Shown here in pieces: positions 18,355-26,663 of a stretch of 64,000 bases of DNA. The notes beneath the pieces were generated by a model. The model was given only the letters and a program-made list of their open reading frames with translations. It did no database searches and was not told the origin of the DNA. A program made the position numbers and the translations under genes. Source of the stretch: a plasmid; the sequence record NZ_KX443406.1, one strand, 5' to 3'. Positions within the stretch are counted from its first letter, which is position 1; every line of letters begins with the position of its first letter.

Positions 18355-19005
18355 ATGACGACAGGTCGAGATGAAGGATCACGCTCGAAGTGGACGCGCG
18401 GTACTCGAATGTGGGGGGCCGCGACTGTCTTCGCGGTACTCGTCCTTTGGGGAGGCACGCAGCTGGCCATTGCACGGGGGCAAGATGTGGCCTGGTACAC
18501 GGGATTCGGCCAGTGGCTCGGTGCGCTGGGTAGCCTGATCGCAGCCGCCGTAGCGTTGGGAATCGCCACCACGGACCGGCGCCAGGCCGCGAAGCTGCGG
18601 ACGGCTGAGCAAGACGACCGCGACGCAGACCTAGCCCGCGAAGCAGGGCTGGTACGGATTCAAATCGAACACGTGCAGGATGGTGTTCCGCCGATGCCCG
18701 TGAAGGCCATCACCGTGAGGAACTGGAGGCAGTCCCGACTGTTCGAAGTGGAACTGGTGAGGATCGCGGTGACCAGCGCGCAAACGAAGGCTGAGATCGG
18801 AAGTGTCCGGATGCACTTCCCCAACGGTCGGAGCTGGGGGGTAAACAAGCATGACGTGAAGCTGACACCGATCGACCACGGGATGACTTTGTGGGTCTTC
18901 CCAATGAACGGTGCTGTGCCGAAATACGGGGCGCTCCAATACACCGATGAAGCCGGGCGGCGGTGGGAGGTCGACACCAAGGGGATCATCGCGCGGAAGC
19001 TGTAG
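18355..19005 (+). CDS. Hypothetical membrane protein (2 TM + C-terminal domain)
   Basis: Trimmed from spurious ORF 17911..19005 to ATG 18355. TM WGAATVFAVLVLWGG and WLGALGSLIAAAVALGIA. Confidence 0.4.
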   Translation: MTTGRDEGSRSKWTRGTRMWGAATVFAVLVLWGGTQLAIARGQDVAWYTGFGQWLGALGSLIAAAVALGIATTDRRQAAKLRTAEQDDRDADLAREAGLVRIQIEHVQDGVPPMPVKAITVRNWRQSRLFEVELVRIAVTSAQTKAEIGSVRMHFPNGRSWGVNKHDVKLTPIDHGMTLWVFPMNGAVPKYGALQYTDEAGRRWEVDTKGIIARKL

Positions 19006-19233
19006 GGACTGAGGTTCCTGCCCCGCCGGGTCGTCATTATCGCGGCGGCTCGTCGCTGCGTACCCCTGGCCCGCTCCGCTCTACCAGGGGCAATGCCTAC
19101 CTGCGGCAGGTACTGCACTCCTCGTCCACCGCACCATTCGTCTCTTGCCGGCGGGGCCGGGGAACGGTTGAAACAACACCGAAAAACAGGCCGCCATCAG
19201 GCATTACGTATTGCAAACAGCTATATTGTTGGA

Positions 19234-19291
19234 TAGAATGAGAGGGCGGTAGGGCATCAGGCCCAGCCGCCGACACCCGGGAGGGAAACTC
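19234..19291 (+). promoter_or_regulatory. Conserved leader copy 2: TAGAAT (19234-19239), hairpin GGGCATCAGGCCCAGC (19252-19267), SD GGGAGGGAAA, ATG 19292
   Basis: Spacing of -10, hairpin and ATG is near-identical to copy 1. Confidence 0.5.
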
Positions 19292-19585
19292 ATGGACACC
19301 GATCTGATCGAGCAGACCGTCATCGTCACCGCAACCATCGCCCAGGAGGCGGACGGCCACACCAACACGGTCGACCTCGAGGCGCACCTGGACGGCGCAG
19401 GCTGCGTCCTCCCGCCCGTCTGGGCGCAGAGTCTCGTTGCCGCGCAGGCCGACCCGGGGGAGTGGAGCACTGACATCGCCGACCGGGTCCTCGCGGGCCA
19501 CGGATACCGCCGCACCGACGAGTGGCTCGATGACGACAGCGGATGCTGGACCGCGACCGTCGAGCACATCGCCAGCGCATCCTGA
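19292..19585 (+). CDS. Small acidic hypothetical protein (97 aa)
   Basis: Downstream of conserved leader copy 2. Confidence 0.45.
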   Translation: MDTDLIEQTVIVTATIAQEADGHTNTVDLEAHLDGAGCVLPPVWAQSLVAAQADPGEWSTDIADRVLAGHGYRRTDEWLDDDSGCWTATVEHIASAS

Positions 19586-19658
19586 CACCATCGGATACCG
19601 GCAGCAGTTGGGCCGGGCCACTGGGTTCCGGCCCAACGCATACGAGGGGGAGAGCCAC

Positions 19659-20228
19659 ATGCAGGACGTCGAGCACGACGAGACGAACGCGTTCGTCGAC
19701 GAGCCGACCGACGACCCGGGCAGCGAGTACACCGAGCCCGAACTCGACCCCAAGGCTCACATGCTCTGCGCCGCCGTGTGGACCCGAGACGACACCACCT
19801 TGAGGTTCGTCGTCGAGCGGATGACCGAGGCCGACTTCGCGAACCCCTTCCACCGCCCTGTTTTCGCGGCGATCCGGGATGCGGTGCTGGCCGGCCACCC
19901 GCACGACCCGGCTAGCGTCAGCATGGCGCTCGGTCGCGCAGGCAGCCAGGCCGTACCGGCCGCCGTCCACAACCACTTCCGCGCGGCGCTCACCCTGGGG
20001 TCGTCCGCGGGCGCGCTGCGCTACTACGCCGCTGACGTCGTCGCTGTTGCGTACCGACGGAGCTTCCATGAGCTGGCGGCCACGATGGCGCACGCGGCAG
20101 CCGGGGCCGCGGAAGATCAACTGTTCCCGATCCTGGTCGACCTGGGCACCCGGCAGCGCAGCGAGATGAATCGACTCCGGTCCCTCCGCGACGACCCACT
20201 GCCCACGACGGCGACCGACCAGGCGTGA
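19659..20228 (+). CDS. DnaB helicase N-terminal-domain-only protein (189 aa)
   Basis: HMLCAAVWTRDDTTLRFVVERMTEADFANPFHRPVFAAIRDAVLAGHPHDPASVSMALGR...GALRYYAADVVAVAYRRSFHEL matches the DnaB N-terminal domain pattern. SD GAGGGGGAGAG. Confidence 0.5.
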   Translation: MQDVEHDETNAFVDEPTDDPGSEYTEPELDPKAHMLCAAVWTRDDTTLRFVVERMTEADFANPFHRPVFAAIRDAVLAGHPHDPASVSMALGRAGSQAVPAAVHNHFRAALTLGSSAGALRYYAADVVAVAYRRSFHELAATMAHAAAGAAEDQLFPILVDLGTRQRSEMNRLRSLRDDPLPTTATDQA

Positions 20229-20274
20229 CGCGGGGTCCAGGCTGCAATATTCCCGTTCGCAATAGGATGGGCGC

Positions 20275-20859
20275 ATGATGATCGGATACGCGCGGGCCGA
20301 GGAAGGCCACGACGAGGACCAGCAACGCTCGTCGCTCGTCGCGCTGGGAGTCCAGCCCGATCACATCCATATCGACCGCGGTCTACGCGGGACCAGGAAC
20401 GACCTGCCCGCCCGCACGGCCATGCTCGCACGCCTCACCGCCGGCGACGTCATCGCGGTCACCGGACTCGAGCGACTGGCCCGCTCCGCTGCCGAGCTGG
20501 GCGAAGTCGCTGGCGTGATCGAGCAGCGCGGCGCATCACTTCGCGTCGGATCGACCGTTTACGACCCGGACACCGAGACCGGCCGCACCGCGTTCGCCAT
20601 GCTCACCCAGACCTTCCCCGACTTCCAAGCCGGAATCTTCCAACTTCGGCTGTCCGGGCCGCGCGCGAAAGCCAAAGCTGCAGGACGGTATCCGGGCGGC
20701 AAGGCGAAGCTCACACCAGAGCAGAGCCGTGCAATGTTCGAGCAGTACCAGTCCGGCGAGAAGACAGTCGCCGACCTGCAGAAGGAACACGGGCTGAGCA
20801 AGTCCGGTGTGTACGTGTACCTGCGGCAGGAACGCGACGCCCGCAACAACACTGCCTAG
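20275..20859 (+). CDS. Serine-recombinase (resolvase/invertase) family protein with Glu at the expected catalytic Ser position; C-terminal HTH
   Basis: MMIGYARAEEG...DQQRSSL...GDVIAVTGLERLARS matches the resolvase N-terminal fold, but YARVS(T) reads YARAE(E). C-terminal TVADLQKEHGLSKSGVYVYL HTH. Confidence 0.55.
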   Translation: MMIGYARAEEGHDEDQQRSSLVALGVQPDHIHIDRGLRGTRNDLPARTAMLARLTAGDVIAVTGLERLARSAAELGEVAGVIEQRGASLRVGSTVYDPDTETGRTAFAMLTQTFPDFQAGIFQLRLSGPRAKAKAAGRYPGGKAKLTPEQSRAMFEQYQSGEKTVADLQKEHGLSKSGVYVYLRQERDARNNTA

Positions 20860-21042
20860 ACCACGCAATCGGAATTGCCCTCGCTCCTGCCGATACCTGT
20901 TCGGGCCGCACCTCGACTGAGCCGGAGATTGCCGCTGGGTATCAAAGGAGACGAACGTGCCCTACCCCCAGTGGGTGGTGGCGGACGATGGACTCGCCCC
21001 CGACGCAAACCCAGGCAGAGCACGCCCACTGAGGAGGCTGCG

Positions 21043-21126
21043 ATGTTCGATCTTCCGTTCTGGGGGCCGCTCACGCCCGTGGTGATCGCAGTGGCCAACG
21101 CGCTCGACTGGCTGGGGGTGTGGTGA
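21043..21126 (+). CDS. Tiny ORF 1 of array (27 aa, MFDLPFWGPLTPVVIAVANALDWLGVW)
   Basis: SD GAGGAGG is 5 nt upstream. Hydrophobic and aromatic-rich. Confidence 0.3.
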   Translation: MFDLPFWGPLTPVVIAVANALDWLGVW

Positions 21127-21212
21127 TGGCACCGCTCGGCGGCGTCCTCGTCCCGGAGTGGCTGTACGACGTGCTCTACCAACTCTGGCTATGGGGCATT
21201 CCGCCGCACTAG
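21126..21212 (+). CDS. Tiny ORF 2 of array (28 aa, MAPLGGVLVPEWLYDVLYQLWLWGIPPH)
   Basis: ATG overlaps the stop of ORF 1 (TGATG). Trp/Tyr-rich. Confidence 0.3.
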   Translation: MAPLGGVLVPEWLYDVLYQLWLWGIPPH

Positions 21213-21226
21213 CAGGAGAGAAGCTC

Positions 21227-21331
21227 ATGGGTGACACGTTCTGGTTTCTGCCGTTGCCATTCGAGACGCTCCGATGGCTGGCTGCGACGTACCCATGCCT
21301 GGTCGACTTCCGCCAGGCGTGTGGGCGATAA
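21227..21331 (+). CDS. Tiny ORF 3 of array (34 aa, MGDTFWFLPLPFETLRWLAATYPCLVDFRQACGR)
   Basis: SD AGGAGAG is 6 nt upstream. Confidence 0.3.
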   Translation: MGDTFWFLPLPFETLRWLAATYPCLVDFRQACGR

Positions 21332-21341
21332 GGAGACGGTC

Positions 21342-21449
21342 ATGCTCGACTACGGATTCTTCGGCCGCACCCTCGGCCCTCTCGGCGAGGCGATGGACAT
21401 TGTCATCTACTGGATCGCCACAGGCGTGCGGCTGATGCCGCACGCATAG
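21342..21449 (+). CDS. Tiny ORF 4 of array (35 aa, MLDYGFFGRTLGPLGEAMDIVIYWIATGVRLMPHA)
   Basis: SD AAGGAGA is 6 nt upstream. Confidence 0.3.
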   Translation: MLDYGFFGRTLGPLGEAMDIVIYWIATGVRLMPHA

Positions 21450-21793
21450 CGCGCGAATCACCGAGGCCCTTCTCGACAATTTCCCCGGGGTGCGTTGCAC
21501 CGTTGTGCGCCTGTGGCGCACCCCGAAACGAGCTCCGCTGCGCTCCGCCCCTGGAAAAGACTTCTTCCTTTTTCCCTTCTGGCTTCCGATTTTGACCGGC
21601 GGTGACCTCCGCGCAACCCCTTGGCGCTGCGCGGCCTGACGGCTCCGAAAATTCTCTCCCCCGCTGCGCTCCTCCAAGATTTTTCGACCCCAGGGGTTGC
21701 ACTCCGGCCCCCTCATACCGGTCCAAATACTCCATGCCAGAAGGGCAAAAGAACGGGCGGGGGAGAGACCCGTCCCCGAGTGAGGAGGGCGTC

Positions 21794-21877
21794 ATGCGTC
21801 GCGTTGAGGCGGAAGTCGATTCGAAGGACGAGATCGCCGAGATCGTCGAGTTGCTCGACGGAAACCCCTGGAACTAG
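21794..21877 (+). CDS. Tiny acidic ORF (27 aa, MRRVEAEVDSKDEIAEIVELLDGNPWN)
   Basis: SD GAGGAGGG upstream. Followed by a hairpin at 21899-21929. Confidence 0.3.
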   Translation: MRRVEAEVDSKDEIAEIVELLDGNPWN

Positions 21878-21898
21878 ATCAGCGCCCGAGAAATGAGT

Positions 21899-21929
21899 GA
21901 GTCGGGACAGAAGGTAGCTGCCCCGACTC
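21899..21929. terminator. Hairpin GAGTCGGG-N15-CCCCGACTC
   Basis: Inverted repeat between the tiny ORF and the SD (AGGAGAGAGG) of the ParB-like gene. Confidence 0.3.
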
Positions 21930-21959
21930 GCTCTCCCGAACTGTAGGAGAGAGGCCATC

Positions 21960-23510
21960 ATGACCGCAACGACCACCCCCGAACTGCTCACCGTCGATCC
22001 CGCCACCCTCGAGATCGGTGACAACGTCCGCGACGAGGTCGACCTCGACGCGACACCCGAGTTCGTCGAGTCCATCGCAGAACACGGTGTGCTGCACCCG
22101 ATCCTGGCAGAGCGCCGGAATGACGGCACCATCTTGGTCACCGATGGCCAGCGCCGACTTCTCGCCGCCCGCGTCGCGAACCGGACCAGCGTGCCCGTCA
22201 TCATCCGGCCCCAGGGGAATGGAACCGACAACGCTCGCAAGGCCGCTCGCATCGGCCAGCAGATCGTCTCCAATGACCAGCGCGAAGCCCTCACCGATGG
22301 CCAGCGCGCCGCCGGCATCGCCGCCATGCTCGACCTGGTCCTGTCCCAGACCGCCGTCGCCAAGGCAGCCAGCGTCTCCCGCGACAGGGTCAAGACCCTC
22401 GCGACGGTCGGCGCATCGAAGGCCGCTCGCGCCAGCGTGGACGAGCATCAGTTCACCATCGAACAGGCCGCGACCATCGCCGAGTTCGAGGAAGCCGGCG
22501 ACACCGAGGGCATCAACCGCCTGCTCTCCTCTGGCAGCCACTACCAGTTCGACTACATGGCCGAGCGTCTGCGTTGTGACCGGGCGGAACGCATCGCACA
22601 CGCCGAGGCAGCCGCGCCGTACGAGGCCAAGGGCTTCACCATCCTCGACGGCTACAACTACCACCCGGTCACGTTCGAGCACGTCCTCACCGAGACCGGC
22701 GAACCGATCACCCTCGAGACGGTCGAAGCTGACGCCTCCCGCTGGGGCGTCCGGCTGAGCTGGACCGAGGCGTGGTTCGACCGCCAGAGCGGGGCAGAGG
22801 TCGCCGAGGACGAAATCGACTGGGACACCCACGAGAACCCCGACCTCGAAGCCGAGGACGGCCTGATCCACATGAACAACATCGAGACCCGCCGCGTGTG
22901 GGACCGCGAGTTCCACCTGCTCGACCCCGGCAACCTCGAGGGCAGCGGCCTCCAGCTGAGCGATGTCGCCAAGGTCATGGTCGCGCGCAGGACCGGACGC
23001 GCTGCCGCAGTGCCGGCGACCGCCGAAGAAGCAGCCGCCCAGATCGAGGCGGAGCGCGAGGAACGCCGCCGCGTCCGAGAGCTGAATAAGCGCGCCGAGG
23101 CGGCGAACACCGTCCGACGCACCTTCCTGCGTACCCTGCTCGGACGCACCAAGCTCCCCGCGAACGCCTCCGTGTGGATCGCGGTCACCCTCGCGAGCGA
23201 TCCTCACCTGCTGGCCGAGTACCACGCGAGCGACTGCTTCGGAGAGCTACTCGGGATCAAGGACTACCGACTCTCGAACAACGCCGTCCGGGACCTGGCC
23301 GTCGCAGCCAGCGACGCCCGCGCCCAGGTCATCACCTTCGCCCTGGTGATCGCCGCGATGGAGGCCCGCATGGTCAAGGACGCCTGGCGGACCCGGCCCC
23401 GAGGCGCAACCGCCTACCTCGAACTCCTCGCCGCGAACGGCTACGAACTGTCGGACGTCGAGAAGGCGATCGCCGCGCACATCAAGCCCGAGACCATCAG
23501 CCTCGACTAG
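21960..23510 (+). CDS. ParB/Srx N-terminal-domain protein (516 aa)
   Basis: GVLHPILAERRNDGTILVTDGQRRLLAARVANRTSVPVII matches the ParB N-terminal (nuclease/CTPase-fold) motif region. Long acidic middle. C-terminal helical domain. Confidence 0.6.
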   Translation: MTATTTPELLTVDPATLEIGDNVRDEVDLDATPEFVESIAEHGVLHPILAERRNDGTILVTDGQRRLLAARVANRTSVPVIIRPQGNGTDNARKAARIGQQIVSNDQREALTDGQRAAGIAAMLDLVLSQTAVAKAASVSRDRVKTLATVGASKAARASVDEHQFTIEQAATIAEFEEAGDTEGINRLLSSGSHYQFDYMAERLRCDRAERIAHAEAAAPYEAKGFTILDGYNYHPVTFEHVLTETGEPITLETVEADASRWGVRLSWTEAWFDRQSGAEVAEDEIDWDTHENPDLEAEDGLIHMNNIETRRVWDREFHLLDPGNLEGSGLQLSDVAKVMVARRTGRAAAVPATAEEAAAQIEAEREERRRVRELNKRAEAANTVRRTFLRTLLGRTKLPANASVWIAVTLASDPHLLAEYHASDCFGELLGIKDYRLSNNAVRDLAVAASDARAQVITFALVIAAMEARMVKDAWRTRPRGATAYLELLAANGYELSDVEKAIAAHIKPETISLD

Positions 23511-23526
23511 ACCCGCACGCGAAGGA

Positions 23527-23550
23527 GGCCCGCACCGCACGGTGCGGGCC
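23527..23550. terminator. Hairpin GGCCCGCACCGCACGGTGCGGGCC
   Basis: 9-bp GC stem 3' of the ParB-like gene. Confidence 0.4.
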
Positions 23551-23592
23551 TTCGCCCCGTCTGCTGCACACTTGAACGAACGAGGAGGGGAC

Positions 23593-23832
23593 ATGACCGG
23601 CGAGCAGCACTTCGATCAGGATCCAGGCCCAGACGCCTGGGCCGACGACACGCTCGGCGCAGCCGAAGCGATGAGTGACGACGAGCTCGACGCAGCAATC
23701 GACGCCCTGGCCGCTCGCGAGCGACGGTGCCTCATCAGGGGGAACGTCGAGTACGCCAAGTCCCTCGCGCACGACAAGTGGGTCTGCATCACCGTTCGGA
23801 CGAACAGAAACCGGCCGTGGCCTGGTAGTTGA
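23593..23832 (+). CDS. Small acidic hypothetical protein (79 aa)
   Basis: SD GGAGGGG + ATG 23593. Confidence 0.35.
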   Translation: MTGEQHFDQDPGPDAWADDTLGAAEAMSDDELDAAIDALAARERRCLIRGNVEYAKSLAHDKWVCITVRTNRNRPWPGS

Positions 23833-23926
23833 CGTTCCGAACCGGCCTTCGCGCCAGCGCGGACCGCCCCACCGGAATCCCTATTTTGTAGTACACAAAT
23901 AGCCAATTTTGTAGTACAGTATTAGC

Positions 23927-24193
23927 ATGGCAATCAAGTGGACCGGCAGCGCCGACAAGCATGGAATCGACCATGCCGACGCGACCCATGCAATCGCGCA
24001 CGCGATGTACGTCGAGGAGGAGTTCGATGATCCTCGACCGCCGTCGACGATTCGGCCCACCCTGTTCATTGGTCCGCCGCGAAAGCTGGGCGGCCCCTTG
24101 CTCGAAGTGATGGTGGAGATCGGCCCTCGCGACATCACGGTCTTTCACGTGATGGAGGCCCGCCAGAAGCATCTCGACCGGATGGAGGACTGA
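23927..24193 (+). CDS. brnT: BrnT-like (RelE-superfamily) toxin
   Basis: 88 aa. AIKWTGSADKHGIDHADATHAIAHAM...RPTLFIGPPRKLGGPLLEVMVEIGPRDITVFHVMEARQKHLDRM fits the BrnT pattern (W..K.KH...E...R..G...L.VV...I.SAR.A). The stop overlaps the start of the next gene. Confidence 0.5.
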   Translation: MAIKWTGSADKHGIDHADATHAIAHAMYVEEEFDDPRPPSTIRPTLFIGPPRKLGGPLLEVMVEIGPRDITVFHVMEARQKHLDRMED

Positions 24194-24558
24194 TGACGAC
24201 CATGAAGACGGGGGTGGCGGCACAGATGGAGGAAGCCATGACCAGCAAGAAGAAGAGCTACGACGAGGCAGCCGACTGGGCCGAACACGAGATGACCCTG
24301 CCGGAGAACTCGAAGACGGCCCGCAGGGGAGCCGCCGCCGCCGAGGCGGGGCGAGCGCTCCTCGCGCGCGCCCATGCCGGGCGGCCGAGTCTGGATCCGC
24401 AGGCCAAGCCGGGGGAGGAATCTCCCCGGCGACAGGTGCGACTGCCCCTCGCGGTGAGCGAGCAGGTGGACGCGCTGGCGGCCGCCCAGGGTCGGCGCGC
24501 CGCCGAGGTCATGCGCGACGCGATCACGATGTACGTCAACGAGCACGCAAGCCGCTGA
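24193..24558 (+). CDS. brnA: BrnA-like antitoxin (C-terminal RHH)
   Basis: ATGA overlap with brnT. C-terminal RQVRLPLAVSEQVDALAAAQGRRAAEVMRDAITMYV RHH motif. Confidence 0.5.
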   Translation: MTTMKTGVAAQMEEAMTSKKKSYDEAADWAEHEMTLPENSKTARRGAAAAEAGRALLARAHAGRPSLDPQAKPGEESPRRQVRLPLAVSEQVDALAAAQGRRAAEVMRDAITMYVNEHASR

Positions 24559-24616
24559 CGTGCCGTCCCGTCGGCGCGACGCCAGCGCCGGCGGGTAACG
24601 GAGCTTGAACAGGGCA

Positions 24617-24657
24617 GGGCATCAGGCCCAGCCCATCCGCCCAGGGAAGGGAACCTC
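24617..24657 (+). promoter_or_regulatory. Conserved leader copy 3: hairpin GGGCATCAGGCCCAGC (24617-24632), SD GGGAAGGGAA, ATG 24658
   Basis: Third copy. The downstream ORF runs antisense into the SRAP remnant, so its gene is doubtful. Confidence 0.4.
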
Positions 24658-25129
24658 ATGGAACCGATGAGCACCGCACTGCTGCCGGACTCTGCACGCG
24701 TGCCGGCGCCCGAATCGATCCGTGCCGCGCTGCAACGGCCGACTATGGCGGACGGTGTTGACCGCGGTGCTCACTTCGTAGGGCTGCAGATGCGGTTCGG
24801 GGATGGAGTTCACCATCGCCTGCACTTCGTCGCGGTCGGTGATCGAGGGGTCGAGCCAGTGCTCCCAGAACGACGCGGGCAGGATGACAGGGGAGCGGTC
24901 ATGGATGTGTCCGGTCGCGTCCGTCGCCTGTGTGGTGAGCACGGTGGTGGTCCACAGCCAGCCGACCCGGGTCGTCCTCGGTCTTGGACGGGTCCGGCCA
25001 CAGCTCGTAGAGGCCGGCCATCGCGAGGACCGGGTCGTCGCCGTGGAGGAGGTACGGATTTCCTCCGTACCTTTTATCCATGGACCTGATTCCTGAGGCG
25101 TAGTCACTCCCGTCGCGCCCACCGCACAA
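24622..25129 (-). pseudogene. SOS-response-associated peptidase (SRAP/YedK family) remnant with internal deletion and frameshift
   Basis: N-terminal frame: MCGG...SGIRSMDKRYGGNPYLLHGDDPVLAMAGLYELWPDP. A second frame carries WLWTTTVLTTQATDATGHIHDRSPVILPASFWEHWLDP...PYEVSTAVN. About 90 aa between the catalytic Cys2 and the GFYEW-like block are missing. Confidence 0.5.
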
Positions 25130-25622
25130 TCATCGGGATCCCCAATAACCCCGCGCCGATCTCGGCGACCGCGAGATTCGCAGCCGGTGAGGTGGAGGTT
25201 GCCGGTGTATGGGGTGGTATCCCACGCCGACGTGCGGCCCCGCCGCTGAAGGTCTTCCACGGGCCGCTCATCTACTCCGCGTATGCCCGCGTCTGGTGAC
25301 GATCCAACAAAACCAGAGCCGATCGCAATACGCTTCACAGGATGAAGTCCACTTGGCTTCTCAAGGAGAGCCGACACAGGCGGCGAACGGTGAGCCTACG
25401 GCCCTCCTACTGGCAGTTCGGGCCGTATCGGGCCCGTCCACTCATCAGACTTTTCAGGCGGGGATGGTCAGGCCATGCGAACTAAGGTATCCGTCTACCT
25501 ATCTAAACTTCAACTGAGGTCTTTGGCTTCATAACACTTGGCGCTCCTGCGTCGCATCGGTTGGAGTCAGCGCGTCGGGTTCCTGTATAAAGGGGAAAAT
25601 GCTTACCCGAGGGAGGTGTAGA

Positions 25623-25982
25623 ATGGCAAGAAAAGTAGTCACACTCACAGAGTTCTTCGACGACTTCGATGGTGAGAAGATCGACGACGGCCTGTCCGAG
25701 ACCATCGAGTTCACCGTTCAAGGGACTAGTTATAGGATGGACCTCCGTCCGAAGAACGCCGAGAGGTTCCGCAAAGACCTTGAAAAGTGGATTGCAGCCG
25801 CAGTAAAGGTGGGCGGGCGTGCCAGTCGTTCTAAGCGGTCGGGGGTCGTGCCCGGGGGCTCTAGGAGATCCAAGGAAGGGCTAGCGGCGATTCGGAACTG
25901 GGCCGCCCGCAACGGCTACCAAGTCTCCACCCGGGGGCGCATCGCCCGGGAAGTAGTTGAAGCCTACGACGCGGCACACTAG
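25623..25982 (+). CDS. lsr2: Lsr2 nucleoid-associated protein (xenogeneic silencer)
   Basis: MARKVVTLTEFFDDFDGEK...MDLRPKNAERFRKDLEKWIAAAVKVGGR...AIRNWAARNGYQVSTRGRIAREVVEAYDAAH aligns along its length with mycobacterial Lsr2. SD GGAGG. Sits at the start of the lower-GC island. Confidence 0.8.
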   Translation: MARKVVTLTEFFDDFDGEKIDDGLSETIEFTVQGTSYRMDLRPKNAERFRKDLEKWIAAAVKVGGRASRSKRSGVVPGGSRRSKEGLAAIRNWAARNGYQVSTRGRIAREVVEAYDAAH

Positions 25983-26663
25983 CCTCCATGTTCTTTCCTA
26001 CCTCCGTGCACGCCCGGACTTCGGACCGCAGCTACCTCGCCAGCGGTTTCCCGGGCCTAATCCCACCGTGGCCCCTGGAAACTGGATGTGCGCGGAATGC
26101 TTACGAAAGAAGGATGACGTCTGCTGCAACAGAGGGAGGAGTCCGGCTATCTTTCAGTGAATCGATTGGCCTCACACCAAAAGGATCCTTCAGTGCCCGG
26201 TATTCCGGGCAAAGCACCTAGTCGACGATCGCCTCCGTCACATATTTCGAGTTTCTTACGCTTCAAAGAGGTGATCGGCTCCGGCGCAGAGGGGGCGCTA
26301 GTATCGATTCTGGTGCGGACGTACTCCGTACAATCCGCACTGGCTGGTCGGCAGCAGCCCCCGACCGCGCCGGCCAGCCCTTGTGGTGGGGAGGGGGTAG
26401 GAGGCGGCCCCCGGTGACGTGCTTGGTGCTGGGGGCCGTTTTAGTGCCGGGCGGAGTTCAATTGAGGCGGCGAGCATGAGTGACCAGCAGCCATACCTCG
26501 CAACCGGCGTTCTGGCTTCGATGTACAAAGATATTCCCGGCGCCGGGATGGGGGGCACTGGTACCCCTAGTGCGATGCGAGAACATCTCTTTCGGCTGGA
26601 TCCCAATCGCGGACAACCGGTAGGTCGCTGGAGCCTCATCTGGATGTGCCGGACATTCCTCTC

